Source: Ignicoccus hospitalis KIN4/I
GTDB taxonomy: Archaea; Thermoproteota; Thermoprotei_A; Sulfolobales; Ignicoccaceae
DNA: 32,000 nucleotides
Assembly: GCF_000017945.1 (NCBI RefSeq)
Contig: NC_009776.1
Span: 1,110,001-1,142,000 of the forward strand
Reading direction: 5' to 3'
The notes below the pieces were generated by a model. The model was not told the DNA's origin and did not search any database. It saw only the letters and a program-made list of their open reading frames with translations. This document shows positions 1-8,700 of the stretch, in pieces (within the stretch, counting starts at the first letter, position 1; the number at the start of each line of letters is the position of its first letter). The position numbers and the translations under genes were made by a program.

Positions 1-78
1 ATACTGGACACCGTGAGGGGCATGAAGGGTATAGTAGGTACCCACACCCAAATAGTCCTCAAGAAGCTCGAGAAGTGA
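1..78 (+). CDS. 3' end of a gene running in from upstream; the C-terminus resembles the RAM domain end of Lrp/AsnC-type regulators (partial)
   Basis: The frame is open from nt 1 to TGA at 76-78 and translates ILDTVRGMKGIVGTHTQIVLKKLEK. The G(V/I)xxTxTxIVLKxxK pattern is typical of Lrp/AsnC C-termini. Only 25 codons are visible. The 3' end overlaps the convergent ORF 59-682 by 20 nt. Confidence 0.3.
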   Translation: MLDTVRGMKGIVGTHTQIVLKKLEK

Positions 79-682
79 ACCCTCTCTCCTTCAACAACTC
101 CTCCTTAGCCTTCTCTATAGCTAGATCGAGCGCGAGCCTCTTTATCATATTTTCTAACTCAGAGGCGCTCAAGGGGCCTACGTGGAGCAGCTCTCTCCCA
201 ACGGCGTAGGCCGGCACGGCGTTGGCTCCCAAGGAGCGCAACTCTTTCAACCTCTTTTCGGAATCTACGTGAATTACTTCGAGCTCTAAGTTCGTGTACT
301 TCCTTATTAGAGGCGCCGCCTCTTTCAGCGCCTTATAGCAAGGTAAGCCCGGGTATACGTAGAGCTTGAGCTTCACCGGGTGGGGGAGCGACTCCTCGCC
401 CGTTCCCTTGGAGAGCTCCTTCAACACCTCTAGGAAACCCGGTATCAGGACGCCCTTTAAGGAGCCGTAGAACGTCACTTTACAAACCCCGTCCTTACAA
501 GCCCTCAAGTAAGGCTTCTTGGAAGGGTCTTCGGGTTCCTTCCCTTCGATTACCTTCACGCCCCTGACTTCCTTCAAGGGCGAGGCCTCTTCCAGAGGGA
601 AGGCTTCTACGACCACCTCGCCCTCCAGCTCAGTTATCTTCTTCAAACCTAAGAGTTGGAATAAGAACTCCAGCTCCTTCAA
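59..682 (-). CDS. Thioredoxin-fold protein with a monothiol site (function unknown)
   Basis: 207-aa ORF with a TTG start. The C-terminal half has a Trx/Grx-like layout: LYVYPGLPCYKAL sits where CxxC normally lies but has one Cys, followed by AVPAYAVG. The N-terminal half carries C-KDGV-C. Confidence 0.45.
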   Translation of the reverse strand: MKELEFLFQLLGLKKITELEGEVVVEAFPLEEASPLKEVRGVKVIEGKEPEDPSKKPYLRACKDGVCKVTFYGSLKGVLIPGFLEVLKELSKGTGEESLPHPVKLKLYVYPGLPCYKALKEAAPLIRKYTNLELEVIHVDSEKRLKELRSLGANAVPAYAVGRELLHVGPLSASELENMIKRLALDLAIEKAKEELLKERGFTSRAS

Positions 683-775
683 ATACCGCCCCCCGCTTAC
701 CTACCGGTAAGCAAGGTTATTGAGCGCGGCCCCTATTCAACAGAGCCGCCGGGGGCGGGGCTTTAGGGTAGCGGC

Positions 776-1843
776 GTGGAGTACAAGGGGGCGAAGTACA
801 TACACCTCAAGAAGGGTAAGTGGGGCGGCAAGGGCTCAGTAATCATCTACTACAAGGGGGACGTGGGCGTAGTGCCGGGCTACCCTTCGATACAGAGGCT
901 CGTGCTTCTCTCCAAGGTCCCCCATTACTTCCCAGAGGGGGTTTCCGTGGAGGAAAAGATGAACGGGTACAACGTCAGGGTAGTCAAGGTCGGCGGAGAG
1001 GTCTTCGCCGTAACGAGGGGAGGTTACCTCTGCCCCTACACCAACGCGAGGCTCAAGAGCGTGTACGGGGAGGAGTTGAGCTCGCTGTTGGACGAGCTCC
1101 CGCCCGGGAGCTTCGTGGCCGGCGAGGTGGTGGGGACGGAGAACCCCTACGTAAGGGTAGAGTATCCAGAGGCGCCGAAGTTCGACTACTTCATCTTCGA
1201 CATCTTCGTGAGGGAGGGAGACGGGTGGAGGCAGATGCCGGTCGAGGAGAGGCACGAGCTGGTGAGGAGGCACGGGCTCCGGGGGGTTAGGCTGTTGGGG
1301 ACCTTCCGGCCCGACGAGTCTGTGAGCAAGATAAAGGAGATCGTCGACCGCTTCGACGCCGAGGGGAGGGAAGGGGTGGTGCTGAAGGACCCCTTGTACA
1401 AGAGGCCCCCCGCGAAGTACACGGGCTCCTTCACCAACATAGGGGACATAGAGCAAGGCATGAAGTACCCGTTCGACGAAGGGAAGGACTACTTATTCCC
1501 CAGGATAGTTAGGGAGATGTTCAAGGTGTTTGAAGAGGGACTGGCCGGGCGGAAGCTGGAGGAGAGGGCCCTCTGGCTTGGGCGCGCCATCTTGGCGCCG
1601 GCCGTCGAGGCGGTCAAGGCCGTCGCCGAGGGGAGGCCCCTCCACGAGGACTTCGTCCTGCGCTTCCCCACGGAGGGGGACCTAGAGGACTACTTGGACT
1701 ACGTTAGGCAGTTGGGGGTGAAGGTAACCGTGTTAGAAAAGTGGGAGGAGGGAGGCTGGGTCGTAGTTAAGGTAAGGAAGTTTAAGCGGAGCCCGGACGT
1801 TATAGAGTCCATGTTGAGGACCGGGAGGACCCCGCTAGACTAG
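776..1843 (+). CDS. ATP-dependent RNA ligase, archaeal Rnl3 (Pab1020-like) family
   Basis: 355-aa ORF with a GTG start. The nucleotidyltransferase motif I, EEKMNGYNVRV (KxNG), is present and the overall length fits archaeal homodimeric RNA ligases. Confidence 0.8.
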   Translation: MEYKGAKYIHLKKGKWGGKGSVIIYYKGDVGVVPGYPSIQRLVLLSKVPHYFPEGVSVEEKMNGYNVRVVKVGGEVFAVTRGGYLCPYTNARLKSVYGEELSSLLDELPPGSFVAGEVVGTENPYVRVEYPEAPKFDYFIFDIFVREGDGWRQMPVEERHELVRRHGLRGVRLLGTFRPDESVSKIKEIVDRFDAEGREGVVLKDPLYKRPPAKYTGSFTNIGDIEQGMKYPFDEGKDYLFPRIVREMFKVFEEGLAGRKLEERALWLGRAILAPAVEAVKAVAEGRPLHEDFVLRFPTEGDLEDYLDYVRQLGVKVTVLEKWEEGGWVVVKVRKFKRSPDVIESMLRTGRTPLD

Positions 1844-3976
1844 GCGGGAGGTCATGCCGTTCTCCAAGAGGTCCTCGAAGTCGTCCACCGAGGCCACTTC
1901 TTTCCCATTCAAGAGCACCCTCAGCGGGCCCCCGCCCACCTTACCGACTACCGTACCTCCGGTGACCTTCAAGACCTCCTCCGCGGCTTCCGGCTTAACC
2001 GCCAACAAGTACCTAGCCCCGCTCTCGGAGAACAGCGCCTCCTCGGGCCTCTTCCAAGGCCCCTTGACCTTGTCCAACTCGAGCGTGGCCCCGAACCCCT
2101 TCGCGAGCTCCGCCACCGCCGCCGCCAAGCCCCCGACGGACACGTCGTGGACCCCCGTGACCCCGGATACCTTTATTGCCTTGAGTATCCTCTCCGCTAC
2201 CCTCGCTTCGGTAGAGGGCCTCGGGACGGGAGGCTTCCCCCTCACGAGCTTGTGGACGCTCCACAGGAACTCGCTCCCTCCCAGCTCCGGGAAGGTCTCG
2301 CCTACCAGAACCAAGAGGTCGCCCTCCTCCGCGCGGGCCCTCTTCGCGTTGTAGACGTTCTCCACCTTTCCTATCATCGTTATCATGACAGTCGGCTTTA
2401 TCTGCTTGCCAGTTACGTCGTCCTCGTTGTAGAAGCTCACCTTGCCCCCCACTATGGGTACGTCCACCTCCCGTTCCACCCAAGCCAGTCCGTCGATCAT
2501 CCTCACGAAGAACCAGAAGCGGTCGGGCCTCTCCGGGCTGCCCGCGTCCACTTGGTCCACCGCGGCCAGCGGCCTGGCCCCCGAGGCCACCACGTTCCGG
2601 TAGGCCTCCAGAAAGACGTCCGCCGCGCCCCAGAGCGGGTCCAAGAACGTGTAACGGGGGTTGGAGTCCGTAGCTACGGCTATTCCCTTAGGGGGGTCCT
2701 CCAAGAGCCTCAGTACCGCCGCGTCCCCCTCGCCGGGCTTCACCACGGTCCTTATCTGGACCTCGTGGTCGTACTGCTCGTATATCCACCTCTTAGAGGC
2801 CACGTTCGGAGAGCTCAGCACCTTTCTGATCGCGTCCCCCAGATCTACCTCGGGGAGCGGGGGGAGGAGCTCCAGCTCGAGGTGCCACTTGGGCCTCTCG
2901 TAAGGCCTGTCCAGCTCCGGGCCCTCGGCCAAGAACTTGGCCGGCAAGTCCGCCACCTTCTCGCCGTTGTAATACAAGACCACCCTCCCGGTGTCCGTGA
3001 ACTTCCCTATGACGCTGTAGGGGACGTCGTACTTTTCGAGCACCTTCTTCGCCCTCTCTAGGTCCTCCGGCCTAATTACCAACATCATCCTCTCTTGGCT
3101 CTCCGAAACTACTATTTCCCAAGCTTCCATGGGCTCGCGCAAGTGTAAAGCGTCGAGCCGCGCCTCCACCCCCAAGCCGAAGCTCGCCGCGACCTCGCTG
3201 AGGGCCGTCGCGAGCCCTCCGCCGCCCAAGTCCTTCACGAAAACCAACAGCCTCTCGTCCCTCATTTCCAATATCGAATCGATCAAGAGCTTCTCCATGA
3301 GGGGGTCGGGGACTTGTATCGCCGCGTACTCCTCCTCCACCCCCTCCTCCAAGTTCTTAGAGGCGAACGAGGAACCCAATAGGCCGTCCTTGCCCGTGTA
3401 GTTTCCGGCGATTACTATTAGGTCGCCCGGCCTAGGGGTGCCGTTTATGAGTTTGTCCTTGGGGCACACGCCCACACAAGCTACGGAGACCATCGGGTTC
3501 CTCGTGAAGTCGGGGTCGAACCAAGTCTCCCCGCCGACCGTAGGAACGCCCACCCTGTTGCCGTAGTCGGATATCCCCTTTACGACCCCCTTAACGTGCC
3601 ACTTGACCAAATTCTCGTCCAAGTCTCCGAATATTAGGTCGTCGAGGAGCGCTATAGGCTTCGCGCCGGAGCTCAGGATGTCTCTAATTATACCTCCAAC
3701 CCCCGTGGCCGCCCCGTTGTAGGGGTCCACCGCAGAGGGGTGGTTGTGGCTCTCTATTCTAAAAGCAACGTAAACCGAGCCGAAGTCCACCACCGCCGCG
3801 TCGCCGCCCTTCACGACCCACGGCGAGTCCATCTTCAGCTTCCTCAAGTGCTTCCTCGAGCTCTTGTAGGAACAGTGCTCGCTCCACTGCGCCTCGAACA
3901 TGGCGAGCTCCACTTGGTTCGGCTTCCTCCCCAGAGTCTCTTCAATGAGCTTCAGCTCCTCTTCCGTGAGCGGCAA
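1835..3976 (-). CDS. purL: Phosphoribosylformylglycinamidine synthase subunit II
   Basis: 713 aa. The N-terminus ELAMFEAQWSEHCSYKSS and the ESHNHPSAVDPYNGAATGVGG motif are diagnostic of PurL. Its 3' end overlaps the convergent RNA ligase gene by 9 nt. Confidence 0.95.
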   Translation of the reverse strand: MPLTEEELKLIEETLGRKPNQVELAMFEAQWSEHCSYKSSRKHLRKLKMDSPWVVKGGDAAVVDFGSVYVAFRIESHNHPSAVDPYNGAATGVGGIIRDILSSGAKPIALLDDLIFGDLDENLVKWHVKGVVKGISDYGNRVGVPTVGGETWFDPDFTRNPMVSVACVGVCPKDKLINGTPRPGDLIVIAGNYTGKDGLLGSSFASKNLEEGVEEEYAAIQVPDPLMEKLLIDSILEMRDERLLVFVKDLGGGGLATALSEVAASFGLGVEARLDALHLREPMEAWEIVVSESQERMMLVIRPEDLERAKKVLEKYDVPYSVIGKFTDTGRVVLYYNGEKVADLPAKFLAEGPELDRPYERPKWHLELELLPPLPEVDLGDAIRKVLSSPNVASKRWIYEQYDHEVQIRTVVKPGEGDAAVLRLLEDPPKGIAVATDSNPRYTFLDPLWGAADVFLEAYRNVVASGARPLAAVDQVDAGSPERPDRFWFFVRMIDGLAWVEREVDVPIVGGKVSFYNEDDVTGKQIKPTVMITMIGKVENVYNAKRARAEEGDLLVLVGETFPELGGSEFLWSVHKLVRGKPPVPRPSTEARVAERILKAIKVSGVTGVHDVSVGGLAAAVAELAKGFGATLELDKVKGPWKRPEEALFSESGARYLLAVKPEAAEEVLKVTGGTVVGKVGGGPLRVLLNGKEVASVDDFEDLLENGMTSRLV

Positions 3977-4016
3977 GGCGCTGCCCGTCGGGGCGGCTAA
4001 CGACGGGTTTAGACGG

Positions 4017-4874
4017 TTAGGGCGGGGTTACGCCGAAAACTTTGACGACGTTGTCTACGTTGAGCTTCCACAAGTACTCCTCGTCCACCTTGCCCTCGCG
4101 CAAGAGCTCCAGCTGGTTCTTCGCCATCTCCCACGGGTAGACCACTACTCCGGGCCTCTTCGGGTCGTCTATGTGATCGCTCTCGACCATGTAGTTGGGG
4201 GGCAAGGAAATCGCCCTCTCCAAGCTGCCCTTTACCCCAGGCACGGTCGCGACCAAGCCCTCCTCCACGGCCGCCGCCAAGCTCTTGCCCCTGGCGTGGT
4301 GCACGACCACCTTGTGCGGGGGCGCCGAGAGGCTCTCGACCCTCTTCTTTATGTCTATTGCCGTGACCTTCCCTCCCTGTTCCAAGTGTAGGTGTACCAC
4401 TGCCCCGTAGTCCTTTGCCCTCTCTATCGCGCTGTTCATTATTAGTTCTGAGATCACTACGGATACTGGGTTGGTCTTGTAGTGCTGTCTCCCTACCTCG
4501 CCTATGCCGTCCAAGAGCCCCTCTTTCAAATACTTCTCTACTATATCTAAGACCTTCAAGCCGAACTCCAACACCTTTTCGGGCTCCATCGAGCCCGCGA
4601 GTTTGTCCACGTCGGCGGGGTGGAAGCCGAACAGCGTCTTCACCTTTAAGCCGCTTTCCCTGGCCCTCCTCGCCTCTTCCAAGGTCTTCTTGAGGGTCTT
4701 CTCGTACCCGTCTAGGGTGGGCTCGAGGTCGTAGTGCCAAGGGCTGAGGCCCACCAGCGCGAGGAACCACCCTCCGGCCTCCTTGAACTTGGGCGCTATC
4801 TTAGACATCCCCAAGCCCTTGACGGGGTTAGAGTGGGTGTGGGCGTCGGCTACGGGCACCAAAGTCGCGCTCAC
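4017..4874 (-). CDS. TatD-related metal-dependent hydrolase
   Basis: 285 aa. It has the N-terminal HxH metal motif (VADAHTHSNP) and amidohydrolase-fold length. It lies 3 nt downstream of the preceding gene on the same strand. Confidence 0.75.
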   Translation of the reverse strand: MSATLVPVADAHTHSNPVKGLGMSKIAPKFKEAGGWFLALVGLSPWHYDLEPTLDGYEKTLKKTLEEARRARESGLKVKTLFGFHPADVDKLAGSMEPEKVLEFGLKVLDIVEKYLKEGLLDGIGEVGRQHYKTNPVSVVISELIMNSAIERAKDYGAVVHLHLEQGGKVTAIDIKKRVESLSAPPHKVVVHHARGKSLAAAVEEGLVATVPGVKGSLERAISLPPNYMVESDHIDDPKRPGVVVYPWEMAKNQLELLREGKVDEEYLWKLNVDNVVKVFGVTPP

Positions 4875-4877
4875 CCT

Positions 4878-5579
4878 CTAAAATTCGAAGGTCACCGTCT
4901 CCCCGGGCTCCATGACCCTCACTTTGGCCAGTCCCGCTGACTCGACCTTCTGCTTGAACTCGTTGGGGTCCGCCCTTATCGGCGGGAAGGTGTTGTAGTG
5001 CATCGGGACGACCACTTCGGGCCTTAAGAGCTTCGTAGCCAACAAGGCCTGCTCTATGTCCATAGTGTAGTGCCCCCCTATGGGCAACAGAGCTACCTTA
5101 GGGGCGTAGAGCTCCCCTATGAACTGCATCTCGGCGAAGAGCCCGGTGTCGCCGGCGTGGTAGACCAAGGCCTTGCCGTCCTTGAAAATTATCGCTCCCG
5201 TGGGCACCCCCTTGTCGTAACTCGAGTGGGTGGCCGGGGTGAGGGCTATCCCCAAGCCCGGAGCCACGTCGTCCAGCTTGGCCGGGCCGCCTATGTTGGC
5301 CCCTATCCCTTGGAAGCCCTTCTGGGTTAGGTCCACGTATATCTCATGTATTGAGAAGAACTTGGCGCCCGTCCTCCTCATTATCTCTAGGGCGTCGCCT
5401 ATGTGGTCCTCGTGGGCGTGGGTTATCACGACCAAGTCGGTCTTAAAGTTCTTTAAATAGTCCTCCAGAGTGGTCTTTGAGAGCGGGTTGGTTATCCAAG
5501 GATCTATGGCAATGCCCACCCCGTCCACTTCGACGTGGAAGGCGGAGTGGCCGAAGTAGGTCAGCTTAACCGTGGTCAC
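4878..5579 (-). CDS. UPF0173-type metallo-beta-lactamase-fold hydrolase
   Basis: Starts at GTG 5579 (VTTVKLTYFGHSAFHVEVDG) and carries the HxHxDH motif (THAHEDHIGD). The 233-aa length fits the family. The longer 284-aa ORF extension is P/R/G-rich and would overlap the divergent gene. Confidence 0.8.
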   Translation of the reverse strand: MTTVKLTYFGHSAFHVEVDGVGIAIDPWITNPLSKTTLEDYLKNFKTDLVVITHAHEDHIGDALEIMRRTGAKFFSIHEIYVDLTQKGFQGIGANIGGPAKLDDVAPGLGIALTPATHSSYDKGVPTGAIIFKDGKALVYHAGDTGLFAEMQFIGELYAPKVALLPIGGHYTMDIEQALLATKLLRPEVVVPMHYNTFPPIRADPNEFKQKVESAGLAKVRVMEPGETVTFEF

Positions 5580-5734
5580 GCCGCGGTCCCCGGCGGGTCC
5601 TCCGGGGCGCAAGGATTTATGGATGGGGGCCCGGCGATGAGCGGTCGGATTTCGGCTGAGAGGTGATGAGAACCCCGGCGCGAGCCGCCAAATCCTTTTG
5701 AGACTTTCTGAGGTCCCCCTCTTTGGGTACAAGA

Positions 5735-8700
5735 ATGGAACGCGCTCTGGCGCTCATCATAATGATGGCAGTAAGCGTGGCGGCGCTGGAAAACGTAACT
5801 CAAGCCGCCTTGGCCCACGTGGTCCCTACCAAGCCGGAGGAACTGAAGTACACTTACGCGTCCCTCGTCGCCCTAAGCCTCCAAAACTTCACCTTCTCTA
5901 GCGATTTCATAGAACGGTTGAGCAATAAGGTCGCCGAACTGACTAACGCCTCCCTAAGGCTGGGGCTTTACAGAGAAGCCGCCTACGGCCTTTTAGACCT
6001 CGCGGTGCTCGGAAAGGGCTGTAGGGAGCTGAGCGAGGGCATAAACGAAGTCCTCGAGAGGGGTGACCCCATAGCCCGTTTGGTGGCGGTAAGGGCCGCG
6101 GAGGCGGCCAAGTGCCCTTACGCCTCCCAGCTGACCGCCCCGGTAGCTAGGGAGGTCGGCGACTTCGCCTTGAAGAGGGTCGGCGTTAACAACGACGACG
6201 CCCTAGAGGCGTACCACCACTTAATTGCCTTGGGCGTGAGCTCGCCCAGGTTGGACAGGTGGATTAGGAAGCTGGCGGTGGCGGAGTACATGTTGCTGAC
6301 GAAGTTTGGAACCAAGGGCTGGAGGCTGGTACCCTCGTTGGCCTTAACCCCGGACGGGCTCGGGTGGCTGTACGACGACTTGGTCCAGAGGGGGTACCCC
6401 GAGTACAAGTACCTATCAGAGTTGGTAGAGGAGCACTTCTCCCCGACCGCGCTCATCGGGCTGAGCTTGACAGTCGCTATCAAGACCCAGCCCACTGTGA
6501 AGACTATAAGCATCATGTACTGTAACAAGCTCTTCACCGTAACCGTCACAACGGTCACCACCCAACGGATCACCTATACCACGACGCTAGTTCTGAACAA
6601 GACGTTCATTACGCCTATTACCCTAGAGAGGCCAGTACCCGTAATCGTTCCGGTAACCTTAAGGGTCGCCGGGGGCCTGGCGGCGGCAGGAGCGGACCTC
6701 CCGGAAGTACCCTTCACCACAGTTACGAACGTTACCTTTAAGTACGATGGAACTACCTTGACTACTCCGGTTACATTAACTCTGAGGGTCCCAGTAGTAA
6801 GCAAGCTCGATACGGTTTTGACCACTAGCACCCTAGTCGTAGGGAACAAGACGTACGCCGTGACCTACGGAACCGTCGAGGCTCTGAAGACCGTCACGAA
6901 GCTCATAACTGAAACGGTGAGCGTTACTTTGACCAAAACGATACTCTCCACCGTCACTGAAGTTGAGAGAGTAACGAGTACGATAACGACCACGCTTATA
7001 AATGTTGTCTACAGCACAGTCACGTCGATAGTGCCTTTAGAGAGAACAATTTCGTCTATAATAACCGTCTTGAAGACTGTTACCGAAACTACCTCGGTCC
7101 CGGTCACGCTGACGTTAACTAAGTTCATATCCGAAGTAACCACCCTGACTTCCGTAGTTCCCGTAACGGTCGCCAAGCTGCTGACCACCACTACCACCCT
7201 CGTGCGCGAGCTCGTGGTAGGCATCAGCAAGACTGCTTATATTACCTTCACGAAGACCTTAACGAACACGGTGACTGAGACTAAGTACGTTAACGTAACT
7301 GTAACCGTGACCCGCCCGGAGGTCTTGCCCACCACCCTCACGAAGCTCGTGACGCTGAAGGAAACCTTAGTGGTCCCGGTAACGAGCACCGTTACCAAAG
7401 CGTTGATCAACACGGTAACTAACGTAATCACTGTAACCTTAAAAGAGAGTAGGTTAATCCCGGTAGTAACCACGACCACCGCCACGCTCCTTGAAACTCT
7501 AACGAAGTTCGTCACGAGCGTGACTACTAGCACTTTGGTGAAGGTAACTCCAGTCACGAGCCTCAAGCCCGTACCCGTCTACTTTACCACCACTACCACC
7601 GAAAGGGTGACGGAAACCAAAGTTTACAACGTCACTTCGACCGTAAGCGTCGTAGAGACCCACACGTTAACTACAACGCTGATCAGAGAGCTCACGGCTA
7701 CTATAATGGTCCCCATTAGAGAGACCGAGGTGCTTACAAGCACCATCTTCCACACGGTAACTGAAGTGATAACTAAGACTGTAGTGATGCCGATAGCGTC
7801 TTTCATAACAAATACCGTTACGACCACTAAGACCGACACAGTAACTGAGACCGTCGAGAGGCCAGTGTTCGTGACGGTTACGGCGTTCCGGACGAGGGCT
7901 TGTAACGTCGCGCTGCTCCCGGTCAATAAGTACATTACCTCCACAACCACGTTAGTGGAGACTGTCCTCCTCACGACCACCGTTACTTTAAAGACAACGT
8001 TGACGTCGTTGATATACACGACGAAAGTTCTAACGACCACTATAACTACTGAAGTGACTAAGGCCTTTAGCGTACTCAGCTACACTACCTTGAAAACTAC
8101 GTTAACTCTAATAAAGCCCGTGACAAAGGTGCTTACCCAAACGTTGTTCAACACAGTAACGCTGACCACCACCGAGACTAAGACCGTGGTCTCGCCAGTC
8201 ACGGTTACCAGCTTAGAAACTTTGACGTCCACGGTTTACGCCCTCAAGGCTATACCAGTTATGAAGACTGAAACTGTAACCGACCTCTTAACAATAACCA
8301 AGACCTTCGAGAGGACCAGCGTTACCACGAGGACCGAACTAGTGCCGATAAAAACTACGTTGACCAGTGAGATAATTAAAACGGCGTTGGAAGCGGTGCC
8401 GGCAGTTACCACATTAACTAAGACCGTCATTGAAACTGAGACCTTAACGGCCCTGGAGAGGGTTACGGTGGAGAGGCCCCCCGTTACGTCAGTCCTCACG
8501 AAGACGCTCTTATTGACTGTGCCTAGGGTATCCCTCATAACCACTGAGGTTACAGAGACCTTGACCCGGTTAGAGACCGTTAAGGAGTACGTAACTACCA
8601 CTAAGACCCTAACGGTCACCCGGTTAGAGGAAGTGCCCGTGACGTACCGCGCAACTACAATTTTGACTATGCCACTAATGAAATACTTCACGGTTACCAA

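Noticed and set aside
2147-3061. Long alternative-frame or antisense ORFs with R/G/P/H-rich products. Examples: 2147-3061, 820-1290, 836-1456, 4009-4770, 13824-14282, 19449-20066, 26350-27243, 28602-29141 and 30359-30892.
   Set aside because: Each lies wholly within a confidently identified gene in another frame or strand. The composition is typical of out-of-frame translation of GC-rich coding DNA.
5663-5711. Possible C/D-box sRNA: GTGATGA (C box, 5663-5669) and CTGA (D box, 5708-5711), with an overall span of 49 nt.
   Set aside because: No recognisable D' or C' boxes at the expected internal positions, no terminal pairing flanking the boxes, and the motifs are short enough to occur by chance. 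Only RNA-seq or a dedicated sRNA scan could revive it.
5580-5732. 5' extension of the MBL-hydrolase ORF (MYPKRGTSES...PAGDRG).
   Set aside because: The extension is P/R/G-rich and unlike the family N-terminus, and it would overlap the divergent giant gene. GTG 5579 gives the family-typical start VTTVKLTYFGHS and a 233-aa product.
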